Origin: Bacteroidia bacterium
GTDB lineage: Bacteria; Bacteroidota; Bacteroidia; NS11-12g; UBA955
Reading direction: 5' to 3'
NCBI GenBank assembly: GCA_044357345.1
Contig: JBIKPR010000001.1
Location: 30,155-94,154 of the forward strand
Length of the DNA stretch: 64,000 nt
Shown here piece by piece: positions 9,492 through 19,640 of the stretch (the stretch's first letter is position 1; each line of letters begins with the position of its first letter). A program made the position numbers and the translations under genes. Under the pieces are notes generated by a model. That model was not told the origin of the DNA, ran no database searches, and saw only the letters and a list, made by a program, of their open reading frames with translations.

Positions 9492-10508
9492 TTATATAAT
9501 CCCTTCAATTTTCCATTTCTTTAATTGCTCTATCGAAACTTTGTATTGATATTGTCCATTTCCAATTGATTTAGGCAATGAAAAACTGACATTTGAATCT
9601 AGATTCTTCTTGTCTGCAGATAGGTATTTGAAATAGTGATTAAAAAAATCATCATTTAAAACATTGATTCCAACTTTCTCTTTTATTAATTTAATAATTC
9701 TTTCAGATTCATTGACTGAAATATTATTTATATACAATGCCAACCTCAACTCATGCAACATACCATTAGCAACGGCAAAACCGTGCTTAATGGGCTTTCC
9801 TATTTCCAAGAAATATGATTCATATGCATGGCCAAAAGTATGGCCAAAATTCAATAATTGTCTTACATTTTGATCTTTAAAGTCCCTTTCAACCAATTCA
9901 GACTTAGTTAACGCACATAGTTTAATAATTTCATCCAAGTTACCATTCGACTCAATTAATTCAAACAGTGTCTCATTTGCAACAGCAGCGGTTTTAATGA
10001 TCTCACTCCAAGCGCTCTTATATTCTTCCTCTGGCAATGTCTTCAAAAACTCTGAAGAAATGAAAATTGCATCCGCTTGCTTAAATACACCTACAATATT
10101 TTTATAGTTTAAATAGTCTATTCCTGTTTTACCACCAATTCCGGCATCTACCATTCCAAGCAAACTGCTTGGGATGTTAATATATGAAATTCCCCTTTTA
10201 TAAATCGAAGCAACAAAGCCGCCTAAATCAGTAACCATACCACCACCAAGATTTATTAATACGGTTTGTCTATCTGCTTTCAAGTCAATTAACTTATCGA
10301 TTACACGAATGACCTCTTCAAAAGATTTTGAATTTTCACCAGCTTCACATTCGATTACTTGAAAATCTAATTCTGCAATAAGTGGCAAACAATACCTGCG
10401 AGTATTGGTATCACATAGGACTATTGCATTTATAATTTGATTTTTCGTGCAATACTGTCCCAATGATTCCGAGATGGCTTTAGTAAAAACCAATTCAGGC
10501 ATTTTCAT
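9492..10508 (-). CDS. aroB: 3-dehydroquinate synthase
   Basis: LINLGGGMVTDLGGFVASIYKRGISYINIPSSLLGMVDAGIGGKTGID and FGHTFGHAYE are the AroB nucleotide- and metal-binding motifs. Confidence 0.9.
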   Translation of the reverse strand: MKMPELVFTKAISESLGQYCTKNQIINAIVLCDTNTRRYCLPLIAELDFQVIECEAGENSKSFEEVIRVIDKLIDLKADRQTVLINLGGGMVTDLGGFVASIYKRGISYINIPSSLLGMVDAGIGGKTGIDYLNYKNIVGVFKQADAIFISSEFLKTLPEEEYKSAWSEIIKTAAVANETLFELIESNGNLDEIIKLCALTKSELVERDFKDQNVRQLLNFGHTFGHAYESYFLEIGKPIKHGFAVANGMLHELRLALYINNISVNESERIIKLIKEKVGINVLNDDFFNHYFKYLSADKKNLDSNVSFSLPKSIGNGQYQYKVSIEQLKKWKIEGII

Positions 10509-11425
10509 CAGGTTTTAATTTGATCGTAAAAAGCTTTGTTGGCTGGATCCATTTTCGAGAGCAACTCAATTGCTTTTGTTTGTTCGGCAGTTGGAGCTCC
10601 TTTAAATATTTCAATTATCTCACGATACTTTGCATTGAAGAATACTTTCACTAACATTGAATTGGGGTATATTCGAGTCAACTCTTGAAAATTTTCTAAA
10701 GCTTTGAACACTTCATCACGACCCTTTGCAACATCTTTGTGCATGATGTCCAAACCAGACATATGGTAATTGTAAAGACTTTTTCTTACTGGTGAATAAC
10801 GGTCATTGGTTAAATTATCGATCAAATAATATCTATTTTTCAAACTCTGACCATCATTTGATCTCCAACCCGACATACTCTGACTTACATTTAATATTTC
10901 TCTAGCCTTTTGATAATAGGGCGTTCCTGCCTCAAGTGAATAGGTATCATAATTAAGGCCCAAAACAACATTTACATAAAAGGCTAAAATACCTGTCAAG
11001 TTGTATACGTTCGCATTTTGTTGAAATTCCATCGCTTGGAATTCTTGATACTGAAAATTAAAGTCCAAATCCAATTGATTAAAAATTACAGTATTGTAGG
11101 TACTTCCAAACACGGGTCTTGTAGCTTGAACTTGAATAGTTCCAGTAAAATCGTTTGAATTAAGTTCATAACCTGTAATATCAATTAAAAAAGTCATTTT
11201 AATGTGCTCAACAGAAGTAAGCTTATCTGCACACCAAAGTCTTTGGTTTATAAATTGCGAAATTGAAGACTCTAAAGATTTAAAAATCTGAGTGTTTGAA
11301 ATCTGAACCTTTGGGTGAATGATAGAAATCTTAGCTTCAACATCTTGCCCATACGCCTTTGTATTTGCCAAAATAAAAAGACAAAATATTGAATAAATTA
11401 GTTTTTTAAATTTTCTGAAATGCAT
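10508..11425 (-). CDS. DUF4835 family secreted protein
   Basis: Signal peptide MHFRKFKKLIYSIFCLFILANTKAYGQ. A 305-aa protein in this position next to coaBC is the conserved Bacteroidota arrangement. Its stop overlaps the aroB start. Confidence 0.5.
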   Translation of the reverse strand: MHFRKFKKLIYSIFCLFILANTKAYGQDVEAKISIIHPKVQISNTQIFKSLESSISQFINQRLWCADKLTSVEHIKMTFLIDITGYELNSNDFTGTIQVQATRPVFGSTYNTVIFNQLDLDFNFQYQEFQAMEFQQNANVYNLTGILAFYVNVVLGLNYDTYSLEAGTPYYQKAREILNVSQSMSGWRSNDGQSLKNRYYLIDNLTNDRYSPVRKSLYNYHMSGLDIMHKDVAKGRDEVFKALENFQELTRIYPNSMLVKVFFNAKYREIIEIFKGAPTAEQTKAIELLSKMDPANKAFYDQIKT

Positions 11426-12063
11426 GTAATAATATCTTTTGCAACAAGCTTTTTGTCTTTTAATGGATATTCAAAAATAACATCTTTTTGAAGAATTATT
11501 GTAATTTTATTGGTTTGGTGGCTAAATCCAGCACCAGTATCATTGAGTGAATTTAAAACAATAGCATCTGCATTTTTTCTAATCAGCTTTTCTTTGGCAT
11601 TGGCAATTTCATTGTTTGTTTCTAAAGCAAAGCCAATCAATAATTGCCCGGCCTTCTTTCTAGTACCCAAAGTAGCAAGTATATCAGGATTCTTAACCAA
11701 CTTCAAAACCAAACTATCCGACTTCTTTTTAATTTTATTTGTTTCAAAAGTTTCCGGCCTGTAATCAGCTACCGCTGCGGCCATAATTGCAATGTCACAA
11801 TCAGTAAATAGTTTTGTGCAGATCTCTAGCATCTCCAATGCAGATTCAACTTTATAAAGGTTAATACTAGGATTATGTGTGTGAATGTGCACTGGACCTG
11901 ATACTAAATGCACTTCTGCACCTAGATTGGCCAACTCCTCGGCAATTGCATATCCCATTTTCCCAGTTGAATAATTGCCAATGAAACGCACAGGATCTAA
12001 CTTTTCGTATGTAGGTCCTGCGGTTATGACAATCTTTTTACCAGAATAATAACCGTTAAGCAA
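11398..12063 (-). CDS. coaBC: phosphopantothenate-cysteine ligase (CoaB domain), 3-prime part of a split coaBC
   Basis: GKKIVITAGPTYEKLDPVRFIGNYSTGKMG is the CoaB signature. The ORF begins at TTG and overlaps the CoaC-domain ORF by 8 nt in another frame (see findings). Confidence 0.7.
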   Translation of the reverse strand: MLNGYYSGKKIVITAGPTYEKLDPVRFIGNYSTGKMGYAIAEELANLGAEVHLVSGPVHIHTHNPSINLYKVESALEMLEICTKLFTDCDIAIMAAAVADYRPETFETNKIKKKSDSLVLKLVKNPDILATLGTRKKAGQLLIGFALETNNEIANAKEKLIRKNADAIVLNSLNDTGAGFSHQTNKITIILQKDVIFEYPLKDKKLVAKDIITCISENLKN

Positions 12064-12601
12064 AATGCTCAGATAATAATTTTAAAATATTCTCAGGTTC
12101 GGCCATTCTACCTTTGCCATCCAGACCACTTGCTAATTCTCCATGTTCCGCATCAATTAATATATTTCCATAAGTTTGAAGCTTGGAAATATTATTCTGA
12201 ACTGCGGGATGAAGGTACATGTCCAAATCCATCGCAGGTGCAAAAAACACTTTTGACCTTGCAGACAAATAGGCCGCCAAAAGCAAATTATCGCATATGC
12301 CATTTGCCATTTTTGCTATGGTATTGGCACTGGCAGGTGCAACAACCATAACATCTGCCCACAAACCTAAGTCAACATGGTTATTCCATTCGCCGGTGTT
12401 ACCAATATAAAAATCACTGAGAACTGGATTCTTGCTTAAGGTCGATAAAGTAACAGGGGCTATAAATGACTTAGCAGATTCGGTCATAATTATCTTAACC
12501 TCTGCGTGTTCTTTTACGAAAAGTCGGGTTAAAAATGCTGCTTTATATGCAGCTATACTGCCAGAAACTCCAAGTAAGATATGCTTACCCTTGAGACTCA
12601 T
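12056..12601 (-). CDS. coaBC: phosphopantothenoylcysteine decarboxylase flavoprotein (CoaC domain), 5-prime part of a split coaBC
   Basis: HILLGVSGSIAAYKA flavoprotein motif and PAMDLDMYLHP. It ends LLSEHFA-stop exactly where the CoaB-domain reading frame continues. Confidence 0.75.
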   Translation of the reverse strand: MSLKGKHILLGVSGSIAAYKAAFLTRLFVKEHAEVKIIMTESAKSFIAPVTLSTLSKNPVLSDFYIGNTGEWNNHVDLGLWADVMVVAPASANTIAKMANGICDNLLLAAYLSARSKVFFAPAMDLDMYLHPAVQNNISKLQTYGNILIDAEHGELASGLDGKGRMAEPENILKLLSEHFA

Positions 12602-12908
12602 TATCTGGTAGACGATAATATACTTTACCGTTTAAAAATTCTTGAGTAGAAACAAGTGTTGGTTTAGGCATTTTCTCGTACAATGCACTAATTTCAATTT
12701 GCTCTCTATTTTCATGAACCTCTTCCAAGTTGTCGTGGTCTGAAGCAAATTCAGAAAGCTTATTGGTAAGTTCATCTTTCATTTGTTGTGAAATTTGATT
12801 GGCTCTTTTGGCAATAATTACAGTTGAAAGGTATAGGTTTCCAGTTACACTTTCAATGTCTTTCAAATTACGGGCTTCAGCACTGGGAGACAATTTTTGT
12901 TCTTTCAT
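12585..12908 (-). CDS. rpoZ: DNA-directed RNA polymerase subunit omega
   Basis: 107-aa product with the YLSTVIIAKRANQISQ core typical of omega. It lies between bamD and coaBC as in other Bacteroidota. Confidence 0.65.
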   Translation of the reverse strand: MKEQKLSPSAEARNLKDIESVTGNLYLSTVIIAKRANQISQQMKDELTNKLSEFASDHDNLEEVHENREQIEISALYEKMPKPTLVSTQEFLNGKVYYRLPDNESQG

Positions 12909-12909
12909 A

Positions 12910-13821
12910 TTATTGAATTTTTTGGATTTTTTGGTGTTTGGTTAATTCTTCTTGGGCCTTCTTATTGTATCTAGTGGCTTCTTCATACCACTTATTCGAT
13001 GACTTATTATTCTTTGTATACTCAGAATATTCGGCAAAAACATTTTTCAATCGCTCTTCCTTTTTCTCGTCAATACTAAATCTTGCGTACAGATAAGAAC
13101 ATTTAACAATTAAAAATTCTATTTCATCTTTATTGTCCATATCTGGAAAATCTTTGATGGCATTTTTAAAAGAAACTATAGCGGCTAAATAGTCTTCAAT
13201 TTTGTAAAACAACATTGCATTCTCGAATGCCTTTGTTTTCAATTTACCCCTCAGCTCATCAATTTGTTCATTGCATTTGTGTTTGAACGTTATTGTATCC
13301 TTAAATGCAATTGTTTGACCTCCTACAATTTTATCTTTATCCAAAATTTCATAAATCGATTTTGAATTGGGGTATTGGTTTAAATATAATTGAATTTCGG
13401 AAATTGCCTTAACAGTAGAGGTTTGGTCTAAAAAATATTCAAGTGCATCTTTGTATAGACAATTGGTATATCTGAAACTGCATTCCTCAATGTGCTTGCT
13501 GTTGTAGTAATTCTCGGTAAAATTTTTAAAATGAAAAGCCGCAAGTTCATATTGTCCTAATCCGTAATAAGAATAACAATAGTAAAAATAAATTTCTTCG
13601 CTTTTTTCCTTCCCCCTATAAACTGCCAATAAATCTTCGAATAAAGGCAATGCTCTTACAAAGTCTTTCTTAAGATATAGTTTTTTGGCTAAATCATATT
13701 TTTGATCATTGGTACCTTTCTTAACAACAGTGCTATATTCGGAACACGAGGAAACGAATACAATTAATAGGATATAAATGAGAAATTTGTTCACAATTGA
13801 TGGAATCCGCAAAAGTAACAC
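12910..13821 (-). CDS. bamD: outer membrane protein assembly factor BamD-like TPR lipoprotein
   Basis: Lipobox FVSSC after a hydrophobic leader (GTG start), TPR-like helices, and its position immediately upstream of rpoZ. Confidence 0.6.
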   Translation of the reverse strand: MLLLRIPSIVNKFLIYILLIVFVSSCSEYSTVVKKGTNDQKYDLAKKLYLKKDFVRALPLFEDLLAVYRGKEKSEEIYFYYCYSYYGLGQYELAAFHFKNFTENYYNSKHIEECSFRYTNCLYKDALEYFLDQTSTVKAISEIQLYLNQYPNSKSIYEILDKDKIVGGQTIAFKDTITFKHKCNEQIDELRGKLKTKAFENAMLFYKIEDYLAAIVSFKNAIKDFPDMDNKDEIEFLIVKCSYLYARFSIDEKKEERLKNVFAEYSEYTKNNKSSNKWYEEATRYNKKAQEELTKHQKIQKIQ

Positions 13822-13846
13822 AATAAACGGACAAAGTCAAAATTAG

Positions 13847-14536
13847 TTACATGGCTCCCTCATCGGCATAACTGTAATAGCCGTTCTGGGTGATAATTAA
13901 ATGATCTAATACATTAATATCCAACAACTTTCCAGACTCTTTCAACTTCTTCGTTAACTGATTGTCCGATTCACTTGGAAATTGATTTCCACTCGGATGG
14001 TTGTGAAACAAAATAATCCCAGTGCTTTTATCATCAAGTGCCAATTTAAAAATTTTTCTTTGATCTACAATAGTTGCTGTTATGCCTCCAACGCTGATAC
14101 AATGTTCTGAAATAACGCCATTTTTGCGGTTCAAAGTTAACACCCAAAATTCTTCATGGTTCAGATCTTCCATGAGGTAACGCATCAAGCCATAAGCATC
14201 CTTGCTCGACTGAACGACTAATTTTTCCTTTCCTTCACACATTTGTTTGCGTACAGAAAGCTCAATGGCTGTAATCAACGTAACTGCCTTAGCTGGCCCT
14301 ATGCCATCGATTTTACAGAAATCGCCAACCGTCCATTTGGCCAACTCTTGAATATTCTGACCTGCTTTCTGCAACAATTCCCTAGCGATGTCAAGTGCGG
14401 TTTTATTGTTTGTTCCTGTTGAAATCAATATGGCTAACAACTCCGCATTGCTTAAGGATGACCTGCCCTTTTTTATGAGCTTCTCCCTAGGACGTTCGTC
14501 TTCCCCCCAATTTTTTATAGATACAAATTCATTCAT
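13847..14536 (-). CDS. radC: RadC-family JAMM protein
   Basis: N-terminal helix-hairpin-helix (LSNAELLAILISTG) and the C-terminal JAMM motif HNHPSG. Confidence 0.85.
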   Translation of the reverse strand: MNEFVSIKNWGEDERPREKLIKKGRSSLSNAELLAILISTGTNNKTALDIARELLQKAGQNIQELAKWTVGDFCKIDGIGPAKAVTLITAIELSVRKQMCEGKEKLVVQSSKDAYGLMRYLMEDLNHEEFWVLTLNRKNGVISEHCISVGGITATIVDQRKIFKLALDDKSTGIILFHNHPSGNQFPSESDNQLTKKLKESGKLLDINVLDHLIITQNGYYSYADEGAM

Positions 14537-14613
14537 AGTTTAGACGAAATTATCTTTTTTAAATACAACAAAAAAGGATAAAATTAACTAAATTATTGCT
14601 ATATTATAGTGGG

Positions 14614-15540
14614 TTAAGATTCCTTCAAAAATTGAATATTTCTTTTCAATCCAGTGAATTTGGTCCTCTTTACAGCACTTTTAGAAAAAACTTGTTTAAA
14701 AGCTGTCTCAGACAAGTCTATCCAATCAGACTTACCCATATTGAGAATCTCGGAATGAGCATCAAACCTAGGTTCTTGGTGTTGAGTAGAAAATCTATTC
14801 CAAGGACAAACATCTTGACAAATATCACAGCCAAAAATCCAATCATTCATTTTGTTTTTAAACTCATTTGGAATCTCATTCTTTAATTCAATGGTTAAAT
14901 ACGAAATGCATTTTGATGCATTTAATGTCTTATTTGGCAATATAGCCTCGGTAGGACAAGCATCTATACACTTGGTGCAGTTGCCGCAATAGTCCTTTAT
15001 TTTTCCATCTGGTTCGCAGTCTAAATCTATTACCAATTCTGCCAAAAAAAAGAAAGATCCTTGTTTTTTGTTAATCAATAATCCATGCTTTCCGACCCAT
15101 CCAATTCCAGATCGTTCTGCCCAGGCCCGTTCTAAAATTGGTGCTGAATCAACAAAAATCCTCCCATCAATGTCTCCTACTGCGGCTCTAAGCTCATCCA
15201 AGAGTTGATTGCATTTGTCTTTCAAAACTGTATGGTAATCATCTCCATATGCGTATTTGGCTATTTTAAATGTATCAGAAATTTGCTGGTTTTCGGGGTA
15301 GTAATTATAAAGGAGACTCACAACTGTCTTGGCTCCAGGCACTAACAATCTAGGATCTAAACGCTTGTCAAAATGATTTTCCAAGTAATGCATCTCGCCA
15401 TGAAATTTATTTTCCAACCATAACTCCAATCTTGAGGCCTCATCTGATAAAAAATCAGCTTTTGATATTCCACAAGCTATAAAACCAAGTTGACTTGACA
15501 ACCTTTTAACCAATTCTGCATTAGATCTCTGAGTAGACAT
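14614..15540 (-). CDS. queG: tRNA epoxyqueuosine(34) reductase
   Basis: Two ferredoxin-type cysteine clusters (CGNCTKCIDACP; CDICQDVCPWNRF) and the conserved QueG N-terminus. Start was moved to ATG 15540 (MSTQRSNAEL). Confidence 0.85.
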   Translation of the reverse strand: MSTQRSNAELVKRLSSQLGFIACGISKADFLSDEASRLELWLENKFHGEMHYLENHFDKRLDPRLLVPGAKTVVSLLYNYYPENQQISDTFKIAKYAYGDDYHTVLKDKCNQLLDELRAAVGDIDGRIFVDSAPILERAWAERSGIGWVGKHGLLINKKQGSFFFLAELVIDLDCEPDGKIKDYCGNCTKCIDACPTEAILPNKTLNASKCISYLTIELKNEIPNEFKNKMNDWIFGCDICQDVCPWNRFSTQHQEPRFDAHSEILNMGKSDWIDLSETAFKQVFSKSAVKRTKFTGLKRNIQFLKES

Positions 15541-15725
15541 AAAAACCACAACAATTATACACAAAACATTTAACTCCGCAGTTAAAACTTTGTTTTGACA
15601 AACCTTTGTTTTAACCAGGTTTTTTCTCCACATTTATACAAAACAAAAAAAGAGTTAAAAGCTCATATATACTGAGGTTTTAACTCATTTATAATTAAAA
15701 ATACTATAATGTTGATAATTTATTG

Positions 15726-15733
15726 TAACTTTG
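15726..15733 (+). promoter_or_regulatory. candidate Bacteroidota sigma-A -7 box (TAACTTTG) upstream of the DEAD-box helicase gene
   Basis: Matches the TAnnTTTG consensus 11 nt before the ATG and implies a very short leader. Sequence-only call. Confidence 0.3.
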
Positions 15734-15743
15734 CAGCTTCTTT

Positions 15744-17507
15744 ATGACAGAAACATTTCAAGACATGGGTTTAAGTAAACCTGTGTTTGATGCGATCAGT
15801 GATCTAGGCTACGTCAGCCCCACTCCCATCCAACAACAAGCCATCCCAGTTCTTTTACAAGGAACTAAGGATTTCGTAGGTCTGGCTCAGACCGGAACAG
15901 GTAAAACCGCCGCTTTTGGTTTACCATTATTGTCTTTAATAGACACTTCAAACAAACAGGTCCAAGGTCTTGTTATTTGCCCAACGAGAGAATTGTGTAT
16001 TCAAATCACAAATGATTTCAAAGCGTACGGCAAATATTTAGAAGACTTTCATCATGTCGCCGTTTACGGCGGAAGTAGCATTGAAAATCAAATTAAATAC
16101 CTAAGAAAAGGTGTTCAAATTGTAGTAGCTACCCCTGGTCGTTTGATTGACCTTATTGAACGTAAAGCTGTAAAACTCGATTCCGTTACCCACGTGGTAT
16201 TGGACGAGGCAGACGAAATGCTCAATATGGGATTCAGAGAGGATATAGAATTTATCTTATCCCATGCTACAGTTAGACAAGCCGCTTGGCTTTTCAGTGC
16301 TACAATGCCTAAGGAAGTTCGCAGAATTGCGCAAACTTTCATGGAAAACCCAGTAGAAATCAAAGTAAATTCGATTGCTACTGCTCAAAACATTAAACAC
16401 GTCTACTACCAATGTCAATCATCTCAAAAGTATGAAACACTTAAGAGACTAATTGACTTTAATCCAGGTATGTACGGTATCGTATTTACCCGAACCAAAT
16501 TAGAAGCTCAAGATATCACCGAAAAACTTTTAAAAGAAGGTTATGAAATCGATGCTTTACACGGTGACTTAAGTCAACAACAACGTGATAAAGTAATGGG
16601 CCGATTTAGAGAAAAAACCATCAAGTTACTTATTGCAACTGACGTTGCAGCAAGAGGAATCGATGTGAATGACATTACCCACGTTATTAACTACGCTTTA
16701 CCAGATGAACCAGAAGTATACACGCACAGAAGTGGTCGTACCGCCCGTGCTGGTAAAACTGGTGTTTGTATTAGCATACTACACAGCAGAGAAACAGGTC
16801 GCTTGAGAGATGTTGAAAACATCATGAAAGCTCAATTTGAAAAACTTGAGATTCCTAGCGGAAGAGAAGTATGCGAAAAACAATTCTTCGCTTTTATTGA
16901 AAAATTGAAACAAGCAGACATTAGCCATGGTGATTATGAAAATTATCTACCATATCTAAAGGAACAATTTGATGACATGAGCAAAGAAGATATCATCAAA
17001 AGAATGGCATCTCTTGAATTTAACAGATTCTTGAAATACTATGAAAAAGCTGGTGATCTAAATGCAGGTGATTCAAGAAACAGTGACCATGGAAAATACA
17101 GTAGATTATTTATTAGTCTAGGTGAAAAAGATGGCTTCTATAAAGCTGCCTTTTTAGAATTTCTATTGGACACCACAGGACATACCAAAGCGCAGTTAGG
17201 TAAAATTGAACTAATGGATGCCTACAGTTTTGTAGAAGTTGAAAAAGACATCGTTCAAGAATTCATGACAGCTTTTGAAGGTAAAAAATTCAGAGGTAGA
17301 CAAATCAAAATCGAAGTATCAGCCGACCGTACAGGTGGAGGCCGCAACAGCCGTGGAGGCTGGGGTGGTGGTGGTGGCGGTGGCCGTGATAGAGATCGCG
17401 GAAGAGGCAACGGTGGCGGTGGCGGGGAAAGACGCTTTGAAAACAGAGGGAGAAGTGGTGGTGGAAATAGTGGCGGTGGTGGCGGATATAAACGCAAGTC
17501 TTACTAA
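15744..17507 (+). CDS. deaD: DEAD-box ATP-dependent RNA helicase with C-terminal Gly/Arg-rich tail
   Basis: Q-motif, Walker A AQTGTGKT, DEAD box (VLDEAD), SAT, and HRSGRTARAG motifs. A DbpA-like RNA-binding region is followed by about 60 aa of GGGRGG/RDRDRG low complexity. Confidence 0.9.
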   Translation: MTETFQDMGLSKPVFDAISDLGYVSPTPIQQQAIPVLLQGTKDFVGLAQTGTGKTAAFGLPLLSLIDTSNKQVQGLVICPTRELCIQITNDFKAYGKYLEDFHHVAVYGGSSIENQIKYLRKGVQIVVATPGRLIDLIERKAVKLDSVTHVVLDEADEMLNMGFREDIEFILSHATVRQAAWLFSATMPKEVRRIAQTFMENPVEIKVNSIATAQNIKHVYYQCQSSQKYETLKRLIDFNPGMYGIVFTRTKLEAQDITEKLLKEGYEIDALHGDLSQQQRDKVMGRFREKTIKLLIATDVAARGIDVNDITHVINYALPDEPEVYTHRSGRTARAGKTGVCISILHSRETGRLRDVENIMKAQFEKLEIPSGREVCEKQFFAFIEKLKQADISHGDYENYLPYLKEQFDDMSKEDIIKRMASLEFNRFLKYYEKAGDLNAGDSRNSDHGKYSRLFISLGEKDGFYKAAFLEFLLDTTGHTKAQLGKIELMDAYSFVEVEKDIVQEFMTAFEGKKFRGRQIKIEVSADRTGGGRNSRGGWGGGGGGGRDRDRGRGNGGGGGERRFENRGRSGGGNSGGGGGYKRKSY

Positions 17508-17533
17508 TACTTTCCATTAATTTAATATTCAAA

Positions 17534-17561
17534 AATGCGATTAACCATCGCATTTTTTTTG
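17534..17561 (+). terminator. rho-independent terminator after helicase gene
   Basis: Hairpin AATGCGAT-taacc-ATCGCATT followed by TTTTTTT. Confidence 0.6.
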
Positions 17562-17656
17562 TTTAAGAAATTCAAAATAACATTTCATTAAGTAATCAAA
17601 GTTACCTATTTCAGGATATTTTTTTTGTATTTTCGCAGTCTCAATTAAGAATATAT

Positions 17657-19288
17657 ATGAACGGATTTTTTAAAGTTCCTAATGCTGTTAACGAAGCAGT
17701 ACTCGACTATGCACCAAATAGCAAGGAAAAACTAGACCTAAAAAAAGCGCTTGCCGATGCAAGGGCTCAAATAATTGATATTCCTATGTATATCAATGGA
17801 CAGGAAATTAGAACTGGAAAAACCAAAGCAATTTTTCCTCCACACGATTTACAACATCAAATTGGATCATTCCATCATGGTGAAGAAGCCCATGTCCATA
17901 TGGCCATTGAAGCTGCATTGGCTGCTAAACCGGCTTGGGAAAATATGCCATGGGAACAAAGGGCCGCAATCTTTTTAAAAGCTGGAGAATTACTAGCTGG
18001 ACCCTACCGTGCAAAAATGAACGCTGCCACAATGCTTGCACAATCTAAAAACGCATATCAAGCGGAAATAGATTCAGCTTGTGAGCTTATTGACTTCTTG
18101 CGTTTTAATGTTCAGTATATGTCCGAAATCTATGCAGACCAACCTAGTGCTAACAGCAAAACAATATGGAACAGACTCGAGCATAGACCATTAGAAGGGT
18201 TTACATTTGCATTAACCCCATTTAACTTTACTGCAATTGCAGGAAATCTACCTAGCAGCATGGCGATGATGGGAAATGTGGTGGTTTGGAAACCTGCATT
18301 TACTCAAATATATTCGGCAAAAGTAATTATGGAAATTTTCATGGAAGCTGGACTCCCAGCCGGTGTGATTAACCTAATTTATACCGATGGACCAGTTACT
18401 GGAAACGTTATTTTCAACCACCCTGATTTTGCAGGCCTTCATTTTACAGGTTCAACTGGGGTATTCAGAGGTATGTGGAATGCTATTGGAGCAAACATAC
18501 ATAAATACAAAACATACCCAAGAATTGTTGGTGAAACCGGAGGCAAAGACTTTGTTTTGGTTCACAAAAGTGCAGATGTTGATACAACTGTCACTGCTTT
18601 GGCGCGAGGTGCTTTTGAATACCAAGGTCAGAAATGTTCAGCAGCATCGAGAGCTTATATACCATCGAATATATGGCCTGAAGTTAAAACTAAATTAATA
18701 GCTGAAGTTGCAACCATGAAAGTAGGACCAACAGAAGATTTTAGAAACTTCGTCAATGCGGTTATAGATGAAAAAGCTTTTGATAAAATCACCTCGTACA
18801 TAGAAAAAGCCAAATCAGACAGTAATGCAGAAATTATATGTGGAGGGGAGAGTGATAAAACCAAAGGTTATTTCATTCAACCAACTATAATCCTAGCAAA
18901 AGAGCCTAAATATGTTACGATGTGCGATGAATTGTTTGGTCCAGTATTAAGCATTTACGTTTATGATGAAAATGATTTTGAAAAGGCTCTTGAATTGGTA
19001 AATACAACCAGTGAATATGCTTTAACTGGAGCCATCATTGCTCAAGATAGATATGCAATCACACAAGCCACTGAATATTTAAGACACTCTGCTGGTAATT
19101 TTTACATCAATGACAAACCAACAGGTGCCGTAGTAGGTCAGCAGCCATTTGGAGGCAGCAGGGCTAGCGGAACCAATGATAAAGCCGGTAGTAAAGCCAA
19201 TTTATTGCGTTGGACGAGCACTCGAACAATTAAAGAAACTTTGGTACCAGTAAAAAACTACCGCTATCCTTTCTTAAACGAAGAATAA
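17657..19288 (+). CDS. pruA: L-glutamate gamma-semialdehyde (1-pyrroline-5-carboxylate) dehydrogenase
   Basis: 543-aa aldehyde dehydrogenase with VGETGGKDF and catalytic Cys context (GQKCSAASRAY). The N-terminus is typical of PruA/RocA. Confidence 0.85.
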   Translation: MNGFFKVPNAVNEAVLDYAPNSKEKLDLKKALADARAQIIDIPMYINGQEIRTGKTKAIFPPHDLQHQIGSFHHGEEAHVHMAIEAALAAKPAWENMPWEQRAAIFLKAGELLAGPYRAKMNAATMLAQSKNAYQAEIDSACELIDFLRFNVQYMSEIYADQPSANSKTIWNRLEHRPLEGFTFALTPFNFTAIAGNLPSSMAMMGNVVVWKPAFTQIYSAKVIMEIFMEAGLPAGVINLIYTDGPVTGNVIFNHPDFAGLHFTGSTGVFRGMWNAIGANIHKYKTYPRIVGETGGKDFVLVHKSADVDTTVTALARGAFEYQGQKCSAASRAYIPSNIWPEVKTKLIAEVATMKVGPTEDFRNFVNAVIDEKAFDKITSYIEKAKSDSNAEIICGGESDKTKGYFIQPTIILAKEPKYVTMCDELFGPVLSIYVYDENDFEKALELVNTTSEYALTGAIIAQDRYAITQATEYLRHSAGNFYINDKPTGAVVGQQPFGGSRASGTNDKAGSKANLLRWTSTRTIKETLVPVKNYRYPFLNEE

Positions 19289-19307
19289 ATTATCTTAAAA
19301 CAAAAAA

Positions 19308-19332
19308 AGGCATCAATAGATGCCTTTTTTTG
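19308..19332 (+). terminator. rho-independent terminator after pruA
   Basis: Hairpin AAGGCATC-aata-GATGCCTT followed by TTTTTTTG. Confidence 0.6.
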
Positions 19333-19640
19333 TTTCCCACCATTTATATATTTATTATTTGGCGAAAAAAACAGATATATAACCCTCTATATCAAAATTC
19401 TATGTTTTTTTGACAATAATTAATAAAAGAAAAATAAATAAATTCAAGCCAAAATAAATTGAATTAAAGAAATAAAATTGAATTTTAAAAATAACATTAA
19501 AAATACTTTATAAAAACATTTGTAAAACAATGAAATACAACTATAATTGCATTGTGTTTTCATAGTTTTAGTTTTTAGAATGGGTTGGACTTAGGTCCGA
19601 CCCTTTTCTATTTAAAACATTTTAAAATATATTAGAACGG

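Noticed and set aside
12056-13821. bamD-rpoZ-coaBC-DUF4835 cluster as a novel system
   Set aside because: This gene order is the standard conserved arrangement in Bacteroidota; only the coaBC frame split is unusual and is reported separately.
17255-17553. Pro-rich (17255..17497), His-rich (17305..17553) and Val/Ala-rich (17275..17520) ORFs
   Set aside because: All lie inside the (GGT/GGC)n tract encoding the helicase Gly/Arg tail. They are frame artefacts of low-complexity DNA.
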